Of a stretch of 64,000 bases of DNA, positions 11,434-23,700 are shown piece after piece. The DNA comes from Psilocybe cubensis. Taxonomy: Eukaryota. The stretch lies in contig CM039003.1 of NCBI GenBank assembly GCA_017499595.2, positions 2,666,001 to 2,730,000 on the forward strand, read 5' to 3'. The notes under the pieces are model-generated. The model had not been told where the DNA came from. It searched no databases and saw only the letters and a list, made by a program, of their open reading frames with translations. How positions within the stretch are numbered: position 1 is the stretch's first letter; every line of letters begins with the position of its first letter. The translations under genes were made by a program, and so were the position numbers.

Positions 11434-14400
11434 CTACACGCCCCCGGCAAGTTCGTACAACTTCTCTTTATCCCCACTTCCATCGACCATTGCTCTCAGA
11501 AAACCATTCTCATTTCTTAATAATGTTTGGGGAGCGCCAAATTCAACCTAAGAATGGTTATTAGTTATCGATGAAGATGAAACATGAATAGAGGTTTTAC
11601 GATGTTGCCATTATCAAGAACCATGATTTTGTCCGCGTCTATGATGGTCTGAAGTCGATGTGCAACAGTGATGACTGTAACACCAGCGTCAAGTCGAGTA
11701 CGTAGAGTGTTCTGGATAATCTCATCCGTTTTATAATCTAGAAAAATGATATAGTCTGGAGGCATGTTCAGAAAGACAAGGTCGACTCACCAATGGCAGA
11801 TGTCGCTAGACATTCACGAGTATGTTCAGTTAACATCAGCAATTGCTGATCATTGATGTAAACTCACCTTCGTCAAGGATAAGGAGCTTGCTCTCGCGAA
11901 CCATAGCTCTAGCTAGAGCAATTATCTGCCTCTGACCCACGGATAGGTTACTACCGCTGCCTGCAATTTTGCTGTCCAGTGTAAGTCGAGCTTCTCCTGC
12001 TTCTTCCTGCAACGAGAACAGTCCTGCGGATCGCAATGCATCGTTAAGCTTTGCATCGCTATGTTGCTCGAATGGATCGAGATTTTGACGTAGTGTACCA
12101 CTCAACAGTTCCGGCTACCCCCGTTGAATTTTAGTGAGTGTGAAACTGGGTCAAATAAATGTGCATACTGTTTGGGGGATGATAGTGATACTGGACCTAA
12201 GAGCTTCAAGGTTAATCTCATCGGTTGGTAGCCCGTCGAAATAAACCTTTCCGCCGGTAAGAATGCATCTAAGAAGCGCGAGCGTCAATGAGCTCTAAGG
12301 TAAATGGTCAGTCGGGACCCAATTGTGATTGAAACCTGATTACCTTCCCACTACCTGTTCTACCGACTGATATAAATTAGCAATACGTTATTATGGATAG
12401 GTACTTAAAGGTACCGATGCCAATTCTTTCTCCAGAATGTATGTGAAACGATAGACCATGTAGTACTTCTGGACTTGTCTGTAATTCGGATTAGGAGTGC
12501 ACTAGAACTCTAACATGGTACTCACCTGTGAATATCGAGCTGTCAAATTTTCCACACGCAAGTCCCCACTCGTAGGCCAGGATGCTGGTGGCACTCCCGT
12601 AGAGGTTGCCTTGGGCTCGTGGTCAATGTCAATGTAACTCTGGATACGCTCCAAGCTTTAAGAGGTGCTCCGTCAGTTCTGCGTTAAAATATCATTAAAC
12701 GATGCACTACCTGTTAGACTCGATTTCAAAGTTATTGAATATCCGAATAAGCCAGAAAATGTATGTGCAGAAACCGATGGCCATGTTGAGAGAGAATCCT
12801 GTATCTGATGCGCTGGTGTTTTGAATGTATACTTGATAGAATGCAAGGGAGGCAGTAAAAAATGCGCCCAGGAAATCTGTACGGAGGCCAACCCATCTGT
12901 TGACGTTCCAAGATGACCGTGCAATACGTGAGAAGTGGTCAATACGAGAGAGTGATTCTGCTTTGAAAGCTTGTTGCGCTCCGTATGCGCGAATCGAAAC
13001 TTGATGCCGTTAGCACACGTATACAAACCGTCCTTTCAAAGAGTATTGCCCACCTAGACCATGAATTGCTGCATTAAAGTGAGCAAGTAAAGGCGATCGA
13101 GCATTGCTAGGAGTCTAATTCTAGACTAGAAACGAACTTGAATGTTATCTTGCGTACCTCATTTCCCGTTTAATCGAAAGCTGCGCTCTCAGGTACATAC
13201 TTCCCAAAACTGTCCCGACAATCGCAACGACAACACCGGGAATTACGAAGATGGGAGTGAAAAGGACAATAGCACCGAGCTTGCTAATCAGCCCAATTAT
13301 TTGGTCAATGACCCATAGGAATGACTGAACCACGTTAGTGTCCACGGTACGAATATCTTGTGTGCATCGCGCGATGATGCGTCCGATGGGTGTTTCGTCC
13401 AACCACCTGTATCGCAGTTGCAATGGATTATCGACGCACTATGAGGAAGAATAATAGACACCAAACCTGAATGTACTTCCAAACACTGATTCCATCAGTG
13501 CGGCATGGATAACCCGCGACGCAACAACAGTGCGATAGTTGTAGAATATGATCATCCCAAATGATAAAAATGTTTGGCCAAAAATGAGCGTAGAAAACAT
13601 GCCCAAGTAGCTTGAAAATGGATCAGAAATCTGAAGAAAATACGGCCAACATATCGAATTTGACCTACTATGGAAGAGAAACCTCTGAAGGCGCACGAGA
13701 CTCATACTGAGCACCCCATACGCCAAGAAACCATGTCTGCAAGATGGCCGTTACTTGGGTGGCAGACAGCATCACTGTTAATGCCAAATAGAATAAAACG
13801 GGGTGTCTCCCTCCCAGGGAAAATACAAGCAATTTCAGTGAACGCCAGGTTATGTGTCCCTGTGCAATCTCTTCTGCAACAACAAGTTTTCCTTCACCTG
13901 ATGCATTTACGGAGGCTGAAACGCCTTCGGTGGGATCAGGAATATCAAGCTGCTCGATTTCAGGAGCCAGTTCGACAAGATCGGTGACGGTTTCCGCAGA
14001 GCTTATTGATCCATCTGATTTAATTGATACGACAAACTTGGCAACAGGGCCCACGAGAGCAATATTGTGAGTCTGATATTATTTTGTTTTAATCCTCAGC
14101 ACCATATCGTATGAAAATCTGTCATGCGAAATACTTACTACGAGGATAATTGTCCTTCCTTTGACGAGGTCTCCCCGAAGGCACCGATTTAATATCCAGG
14201 TTGACCTGCCAACTGGGTTAGCCAAGGTTTGCAGAGGCCCACAAAGAACGTACGTATGAACGTCTAAAGCAGCGAAGATGTCGTCCAGTAAGACGATATC
14301 CGCTGATGAGTAAATAGCGCGTGCCAACGTCACTCTTGTCTAAGCAACAACTTGTTTAAGGGTAGGTCTATGGTTCATTAGTAAATGTGTGTGCACCTTC

Positions 14401-17400
14401 TGACCACCGCTGGAGATACAATAAATGTTTAATAATAAAAAAAGGGCTTATCAAGAGAGATAGGTCTAGTTACCTGAGAGTCAGCCCGCGTTCACCAACC
14501 TCTGTCGCATCTCCAGCTTCAAACAATTCCAGATCTTGTTTCAATGCGCATTGATATATAACTAGGATTATCGCATGTAAAAAACTTGATATCAATAAGC
14601 CTAGAGAGAAAAACAAACCTTTCTTGTACCTCTCCTCATCGTATGGTGAACCGAATAGAATGTTTTCCTTTATAGTTGTGCTTTGTACCCACGATTCTTG
14701 GGCTGCATAAGCTACACCCCCTAGGCGAGGAAGGTTAAACCATGAGTCGGGGCCCGTTGGTATAAAATGCATCTCTCCTGTTAAAGTGTCAAAAAATGTA
14801 TAGTGAAAACAGAATTTGAAACGTGCCGAGTAAAGCCATGATTATTGACGTTTTACCTGACCCACTAGAATAATGTAAATAACAATGCTTTAATGGTGAG
14901 ATAACGAACTCAGCTCACGTTGGTCCGACGATAAGATTTATACAATTACGCTTAAATAGTAATGTGTCTCGTACACGAAGCCTGTAGCTTCGACTTGAAG
15001 GAGTTAGCGTTCCATCCGCATCTTTGAGCGACCAGGCAAAAGTGGCATTACGGAAGCCAATCTCAAGTTGCTCGGCATTTTCGCCTTCCAAGGGCAGAGC
15101 AATACCGCTTGCCAAAGGTTTGTCCGAATTCGTAAATCTATCAAGGACCTCGGTGTTGTGCAAGAAATGCGTGAGTCGATCGAGTGACACTTTGCCTGCC
15201 AGAAAACTGTGATTTCCAACCCAATCTTAACAACAAACGCAGTGATAAGAGCGAACCTTCAATGATTGTAGTTGCTTGCCAAGAAATTTGGCCAATTTGG
15301 TCCCGCAAGATGGAGAACACAGCCATGCTAGAGAAAATTTTCGACGCTGAAATGCAGAAAGAGGTAAAATATTTATATCAAAGCGAGGCCAAGTCAAGAC
15401 ATACCAGTCAAATTTTCTTTCATGATGACGGTATGTGCAGCATATGTTAACAACATGGCCAAAGACGGAATGATAGTGCTTTAAAAGGTCAGGGTTTGTT
15501 TGTCAATAAAGGAAAACTGGCATCTACCTGAGGGCACCATTCAATGATCTCAATATCTGCAAGCCATTGTTAATTAGATCCAGGTTACGGATGAAAGAAT
15601 GAGCGTTTCACCTTCATCTTCCATATCCAGCGAAGTTCTTCTTCCCTCGTTTCGTCCAATTTGCGAGACATCCTATTTTCCCATCCGAATAACTTGATCA
15701 TGCGTATGACGTTTATTGCTTTATAAAATTTGTGAGTTTCGAACAGCATAGTAAGATGAAGCGCAGACATTCGGTAATTGTTTGAACTCTCGCATCAGTC
15801 TATCAAGTTAATTTATTGGCATTTGCAGCATAAAAGAAGGTCGAGTCATGTCTGACCTTTTTCATTTTAGTTTCCTGTACATTGTTGACCCACTTTGCCA
15901 TGTAACCACTGAGGGGACTTGTAACGAGCAAGGTGATGAGACCCACAAGGGCGCTAACAAATATTTAATACAGTGAACTGGGATGGTGAGTTAGGTGGTG
16001 ACTATGCGCCTTACCTCCAACCAAGTACCTTGCTCAAAAAGATGATGGAAAACGTGATTTGCAAAGGTATATAAATAACTTGGGCGCCGCTCTGTAAACT
16101 TGGAATTGTACAATTATAACGAACAGCACTCACGCAAATTGGGAAATTCAGCGCCATCGACGATACTATCGAGGTCACTGGTGACGAGGTTATTAATTCT
16201 TCCGAGTAAGTTCTCAGCATCCCCGGCGTGCTTTTTCGGAGCAGAAGGCTTAGCCTGCTCCTTGTCCGTGGCCTTTGACTTCCCCTTGACAGACACAGGC
16301 GTTGAAGAACCGTCCTTACTAGAGGCTGTGCGTGAGGTTGAGGCCTGAACAGTCGAGCCTTCCGCAGAACTGTCGTCTGCAATAGTTTCGACGTCCTCAT
16401 CATCACTCACGCTGTCAGTAACAGATACAGCGGTTGTGTTGCTGGGAGCCTCAGCCTTGAGCCTTATACGCAAGCTATGCTCGAAAACAAGCTGAGTGAG
16501 GACTGCCTGAGTACGCACAAGTATCACCGTCTCAATATATAGGTCCCAATGTTGGAACATAGATCTGAACACGGGTCCCATGAGGATCATAAGAATCCAT
16601 AACCAAGGTTTGACCGTCGCATTAGCTCCGCCAGTTTCCATGTACCTGATTCGTGTGAGTACTGATATAAGTATGAGAAAATGATCCAAGCTCTCACGCA
16701 AGAGTTTTGTTGATTCCAATGGGACCGAAGAAACTAGAGAAGGAGGAGCCAACAAGGCAGCAACACTGGACAAAGAATTGCCAGCCTGAACAGAGAATCA
16801 GTAAATTCAAGCGCGATTGAGAGTTACAAACTGCTCCCTCTTACGGAAGTGGTACACCATTCCAAAAAAGAGATGTCGTCGTTTGGCCCCACGATAGGTA
16901 TCCAGATGCTGTTTCATTGTTCAATCGACAAGGTACTACTCGCTAATTAAAGGCGTACCGGAAAGGCTTCTTGCGCTTGATATTTTGCCGCATCGTAGTC
17001 CGAGAGCGGCGGGAGCTGCTTATAGCTAAGGTGCGACACTCTATTGGCCAGAAGAATGACGGAGTCGATATATGTATACGTGACTCGTGAGATCCATGAG
17101 GATGTCTGTTCTGGATTCGGTATAGGCATTGGGTTCTAAACAGATTCAACGTCAGCAAATTAACCGGTTTAAACAGATTGAGGTACCTTGGGGTCAACAG
17201 GAATGTAAGGACGAGGGCAAAACAACGGAATGAATATGGCTATAAAAGCGAGAAGACTGATTTTTGACCAAAGTATGTGACCCTCAGCAGCATCTGCCGG
17301 GGTCTGGTCGTATGTAGCCAACGGCCAAATGTCGCGATAGGTGTAGACGCACATCGCTAAAAGCAAGAGGACGATGTTCAATCGAGTAGCTAGGCGACTT

Positions 17401-17962
17401 TGATCCTTCGACACTAGCGCGATTATTCCCAATACACTGGAGTAAAACTTGAAACCAATGAGTTGACTATAACTTGAGGTAACAGTAAATTTTACTCACA
17501 AAAACGACTGGAAATGTATATGAAAGACAAAGGGTATATCCCTTCCAACGATAAATGACTTCACAATCCTGCCAAGGGGTAGCCAAAGACGCAGAAAGAA
17601 GAGCCATGGAGCCAAAGAAACGTGCCACCATAAACCCCAATATGGTACGTCCACCGTAACTCGAGATATGGTTCCTAACCCTTGCTCTAGAGGTAGGAGC
17701 ACTGCCTTGGGAGATCGATACCATTTCGCGTTGGTTTCCTGGATTTCTTCCAGAAACATAAGTTGTAACCTGAATGAGTACCGATACGAAGACGAAGACC
17801 AGTAGAGATACTCGTATATCTGGAGGCAAACTCATGCTGCTGGTAATTTTTGTTAGAACAGAGCAACATAGTAGACAAATGATGGCATTCGTACAAGCGA
17901 ATGTTATGCTTGAAAAGCCTCATTGCGTCCTCTGCGGTCCAGAGTAAGCTGTCCCCAGCCAT
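11434..17962 (-). CDS. ABCC/MRP-type full-size ABC transporter, paralog 1 (many exons)
   Basis: NBD1: VGPT|GSGKT, YAAQESW, GLTLS|GGQK, LLDD. NBD2: [36 protein letters not shown] motifs ([18 protein letters not shown]). ATG at 17962, stop TAG at 11434-11436. Confidence 0.92.
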
Positions 17963-18408
17963 AGAAAGAAAAAGTATGCACCCAGGTTTTGCAGTGTTGA
18001 GGAGGGATCACAGAACTGCTGAGAACTCCCGTTCTACGCGATGCATCAAATATCTGGGAAATGTCGAACAATAACAACATGTGACATTGACAACAATCAC
18101 CGTCTCGCATGGTTTTTTCATTGTAAATGAACGCAAGCGACAAATATAATATGAAGTGTGCACTTTTTTGGGCTTGATGGACTCCGAGTCGAGTCACATA
18201 GCTATCGGCACAGTCAATTTGAGCGGTGAATTGAAAAAAATGTGGGAAACCAGACCTTTCAGAACTGAGAACCTTAGATAGTTCATGTCAGACTCTTTGA
18301 TGGAGTATGTCGGTACATACAACTTGGAGAGAGCTCTGTTCGGCGTTGCTAAGAGAACCGCTTCAGGTGACCAACTTCATCAGTGAGAAACATCATCAAA
18401 AGTAACAT

Positions 18409-20075
18409 TTATTTGAAAGAATTTCTAAAGGCTGCTTCAAGTGGATTTTTTGGACTCTTACCCTTTCTGTGTCTTTTTTGCCATTGACCCGTCATCTTGA
18501 AAACATTCTCCTTCGCCTTGCCAGTATACTCCACAAGACTTTGCTCATCTGGATCTAGGTCAACAGCAATCTTAGGTTTCTTTGGAAAGTTCAAGTAGTC
18601 CCTGTGTGCGACGTTGAGATGGACGAGTTCCACTGCATCCGGGAGGAAATCGAGCATCGTCTCCCTCTCCCAGGATGTGCATTCCTCGCCACCCTTGATC
18701 TCCTGAATGAGAGTCATGATATTTGCTATGTCGGCATCTTGATCGTTCCACTGGACAATATCATGAGCCCTTGGGTTCCGAAGGATGGAGAATCGCCGTC
18801 GTAGCTTGAAATTATCAAGCCCACCCTCTTTCTCATACTCCTTGCCATAGAACATGCCTGACACGTCGCCATCGTACCTTTTAAATCTACCCCAATTTCC
18901 AGTGCAGTATTCTTGGGCCTGGACCAGCACACACGAGTTCAACGCGTACTTCCCAAGATCAAGATACCACTCGCTCCCAGAGAGTGTTTGAAAGTAGAAG
19001 CGATAATGATCATCGGGGTCCTGCCCCAACCTGTACTCTCCTTTTTTTTCTTTGCCATCAGGGCTGTCTTTGGAGAAAATATACCCGAGCCTGTCGGTAT
19101 CCTCAACATGCACTGACCCATTCACTATCCCAAAGTCAGAGATGGGCGAGTTTCCGTACGTCAGTCTGATCCTCCGCCGGCCTGTTTGCTGAAGGGTTTC
19201 GTCTTCATCTTCGTCGTCTGGTATTGCAGTCGTTGTATACATTGAAGAGAGCAGCGAGAGGCATACTGAAAGATATGTAACCAGGAGAAGTCCCTCGTTT
19301 GCAATGCGGCGTTGGAGCTTGTTACGCACAGCAGTGGTGATCGCAGTTGGCCACCAAGTATCGGTTTGTATGAAGCTCGTAAGCTTTTCGCCGAGTACAA
19401 TTGGCTTTGCACGAATGCCATCTGTGAAGGAAATGGGATATTTTCCGGAAGGATTGGTACTGGAAGGGTCAGTAGGTACCCCAGAAGATGCAGACGGGAT
19501 ATTTTCTGTGGAGACAGTCCCACTGGGATTAAGGATGGGGTGATATGGATGAAACGGATTTGGTGAATTGATAATTGGGTGCGTTAGGGCGGGGTGTGAG
19601 TTAAAATTGGTATCCTCTTTGAATTGCGCGACAAGGACGGCGAGGAATGGCCAGTACGACTCTATGTCAACACGATCAGTTTTGGATTTACCTAAAACCG
19701 CGCACATATGAAAATTATATAACAATTAGATGATATCTAGAGCTCACCGCAGTATTGGCGTTTATGTATCGGCCAGTCTCGCTGTTGGCATTCGCTCGAG
19801 CAATATACTACCTGTTTTCATGATTGGAATTGACGTTGAAAATCACGGTATGGCATGACATAGAGATCAGTCGAATCGATACCACACACCTCGGCGCACA
19901 ACTGACACCATCTCAATTCCGTTTCCCTCCATGTTTTACGACAAAGACAACAAGCCTCAAGTTTTGACAGGGGTAAGAAAATTCGAGGAGGTGATTTCGG
20001 TGTATAGTTCGAAACTGAGGGCCCCTGAGTTGGGGGACAAGCTGATCGTCTCGCCCATCGCGACTTAGAACGCAT
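18409..20075 (-). CDS. MYND-type zinc finger protein
   Basis: Spliced CCLCRK...WCQLCAE|VVYCSSECQQRDWPIHKRQYC fits the MYND consensus, followed by the long exon in ORF 18409..19725. The start codon is uncertain (20075 or 20129). Confidence 0.75.
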
Positions 20076-20132
20076 GTAGTTGCGGTTTCTTTGAAGAGTA
20101 AAAGGCCGATAGAAACAACCTTCTCGCATCAC

Positions 20133-20750
20133 AGGTAGTCACGTGTTTGAATTCCTAATCGGACGTTGAATCCGAAATCCCAAGTGGTCGAATCAGTTTA
20201 GCGCCCGTCCTCAACTCCTGTAGCGAGGAAAGCCTAAATTTCCATTGATCACTGAACGTCTTCCCTTACCTTGATAACACATCTCAGTGATACAAGTTAA
20301 CATGTTTGAATGCTACCTACAACTCCATTGCAATTCAGTTACTCAACACTGGCTACTACGGGTTGTATGTTTTTGTGGGTTTCTTGTACCGTGACGCTCC
20401 ATCCACATAAACATCCGATATACAGGATGGTCACGAGCCTACGAACCAGCGAACGGGGTTACTTGAAGCTGTAGGTAGTCACGTGTTTCAATCAGAGTGT
20501 TCCGATTCGGACGTTGAATCCGAAGAATTCCCAAGTTTTGGTTGAAAAAAGTTTAGCGCTCGTCGTTCGACCAATCCAAGCCTCATTAGTCGCTGATGGT
20601 CTCCCTGACATTGATACCCTTCTCAGAGATACAATTTAACTGGTTTGAATGCTACCGACAACTCCATTGAAATTCAGTTACTCAACAGTTACTACGGGTT
20701 GTATGTTTAGTTGCGGGTTTCTCGTACAGGGCTCCATCCACATGAATATC
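20133..20750. repeat. Imperfect direct repeat, ~280 bp x2 (20133-20415 and 20473-20750)
   Basis: Both copies contain aggtagtcacgtgttt, cggacgttgaatccgaa, gtttgaatgctacc, aactccattg-aattcagttactcaaca, actacgggttgtatgttt and gctccatccacat in the same order. Confidence 0.9.
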
Positions 20751-20770
20751 TAGTTTATTTTTGCCAACCT
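20751..20770. repeat. Left target-site duplication of the LINE
   Basis: TAGTTTATTTTTGCCAACCT, identical to 26172-26191. Confidence 0.95.
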
Positions 20771-23700
20771 TTCAGAAACCAGAGGTACTGGAGACTCCAC
20801 TGTCGGTCTACACTCCAATGAAGGTTCTGGATTTCACGGAGACAGATGCTATTTCAGCGCAGCCGTAAGGCCGCAAACACAAACGGAGGGTGAGGACCGC
20901 GACATAAGTCAATCCTCAAGAAACCCTGCCAGTGTAGGGCAATGCCCAGACAGGTCAACCACGGCCGCCTCCCCAAACCCGGGTGCCCACATAGAGCAAA
21001 GACCACCGCTACAAATGAGTAATGCTAATGCAAATGCAACACACCAGCCGCAGAGGCAACCAACCCAGAACCAAAATAATAGACGGACCACTCAACCTAG
21101 GGTCCAAAACCATAAGCTACACATGAAAACAACCAGAGGTAGCCTGAAAATCGCCTCCCTAAACATAAGAGGGGGCGGATCGAACAACACAAGGCATAAG
21201 TGGGGTCACGTTAACCAAATCATAAGAGACAACAAAATTGGAATCCTAGCGATTCAAGAAACTCACTTAAAGCCAGATGATGTAGATAGTCTCCACGAGC
21301 AATTCCCGGGCAGACTCCACATCTTAAACAACAGTGACCCTACCCAACCAAATGCTAAAGGGGTTGCCCTTATCCTAAACAAACAGCTAACCGCCTGGAA
21401 AGAGGCAAAAACCATAAAGGTAATACCAGGAAGGGCAACACTGATGACCCTCCCATGGAAAAATGACTCAATGATAAATATCCTGGCGGTCTATGCACCT
21501 AACCCATCAAATGAAAATGCAGAGTTCTGGGACAAACTAGTTACAGAATGGGATACACGCAACCTACCAATCCCTGACATAATGCTGGGAGACCTAAACA
21601 TGGTAGAAGAAGCTATAGATCGCCTTCCCATGCACCGAGACAACCACACGCAAACGGATGGCTTAGTAAACCTTAAAAGCTACTTCAGACTTATAGACGG
21701 ATGGCGCCGCACAAACACGAACACGATAGCCTTCACATATACGCAAGATGCTACACAAGCAAGATCACGCATAGATAGAATCTATGTATCCGAACAGATA
21801 TTTAACCATAGCAGAAACTGGGAAATAAACCATACCGCTATCAAAACGGACCACCAAATGGTGTCTATGGAGTTCACAAGCCCCGGCTCCCCCTTCATTG
21901 GAAAAGGCAGGTGGGCTATACCACTCTACCTCATAAAAGACAAGAAAGTCATTACAGAAATAAAAAAACTAGGCAGACAAGCACTTGAAAAGATTGACAC
22001 ACTCCCGGCTGACATAAGACAGGGACACGACACCCCCCAGAGCATTTTTAAAAAGCTGAAAATAGACATATTAAAGTTCACGCGTGAGTTCTCCAGACGT
22101 GAAACCCCTAAGATGGACGCAAGAATTGCAAAGCTAAAAGACGACCTAAAGCAAACATTGAATAACACACCAGGTAAACCACTAGAAATGATACAAGCGG
22201 ACTTAGCAGCCATAGAGGAAAAAATAAAACAACTCGAAACTCTCCGTCACACAAAAACGAGAGATAACATTGCAGTTAAAGGAGCGCTTGAGAGCGAGCG
22301 CATAGGAAAATTCTGGGTACAGGCAAATAAAGACCGACTGCCCCGGGATACACTACCACAACTCCAAACACTAGAGTCCACACCAGGAAACAAAATGTAT
22401 ACCAGAAGTACAAGAGAGATGACAAAAATTGCAACCACATACCACAACAACCTACAACGAGATGGAGGAGACACTAACCCCAGTAACGAGGACTATAATG
22501 ACGTCCTAAGCCACCTAAGACCAAAACTATCCAACAATGAAAAGGCAACCCTAGCGACCCTCATGAAAAAGGAAGAGATCAGCCAAGCCTGCAAAGACCT
22601 ACCCGATGGAAAGGCGGCGGGTATAGACGGCATCCCCCATGAACTGTGGAAGATGCTAATCGCACAACACGAAAATGACAAAAAACACAATAACCCTACC
22701 TTTGACGTTATTACACTACTCACCAAGGTTTTCAACGACATAGAAAAGCGAGGACTCGACAACGGGTCCGACTTCCCTAAAGGATGGATGTGCCCCATAT
22801 ATAAAAAAGGGGATAAAACCCACATTAGTAACTACAGACCCATCACGGTCCTAAACACAGACTATAAGATCTTCACAAGAATACTAACAACCCGCCTCTC
22901 CCGCGTAGCACCTACTCTGGTACATCCCGACCAAGCAGGATTTATGAAAGGAAGGTCAATAACAGACCAAACAGAACTAGCTCGACTCATGCTAAGCAAC
23001 TGTGAAGCAGAAGAACAGGATGGAGTCATCATCTGCTTAGACCAAGAGAAGGCATACGACAAAATACAACACAAATTTATATGGCTAACACTGGAGAAAC
23101 TAAATCTCCCGCAGCACTTTATAAATTCAGTAAGAACACTATATGAAAATGGAGAAACTGTAATCATTATAAATGGAGAAATAGGCGAACCGTACAAAAT
23201 AACCAGAGGAGTCCGCCAAGGAGACCCCCTCTCCTGCCTTATATTCAACTTAGCAATAGAGTCTCTAGCGCAACTACTCCGGGACTCACCTCTACAAGGA
23301 TTCAAAATCAAGGGAGAAACAGAAAGGTTGATTACAACCCTGTTTGCTGATGACACGACGGTCTACCTATGCAAAGACGATGACATACAAACTCTTTTTG
23401 GTGTCCTACAGAAATGGTGCAAAGTGTCGGGGGCAAAGTTCAATCAGAACAAGACAGTAATAATACCAGCGGGATCACCACAATACCGTAAGAATGTAAT
23501 AGACACCCGAAAACTTAAACCGTCCAACACCACACACATTGACCCAAGCATTAAAATAGCAAGAGACTCAGAACCAGTAAGACTCCTGGGAGCCTACATT
23601 GGAAACGACATTAAAAACCTGTCAGTGTGGACGCCTACACTTGAAAAAATCGATAAGCAACTTGCGAGATGGGGAAGAAGCCATCCAACCCAAGAAGGCC

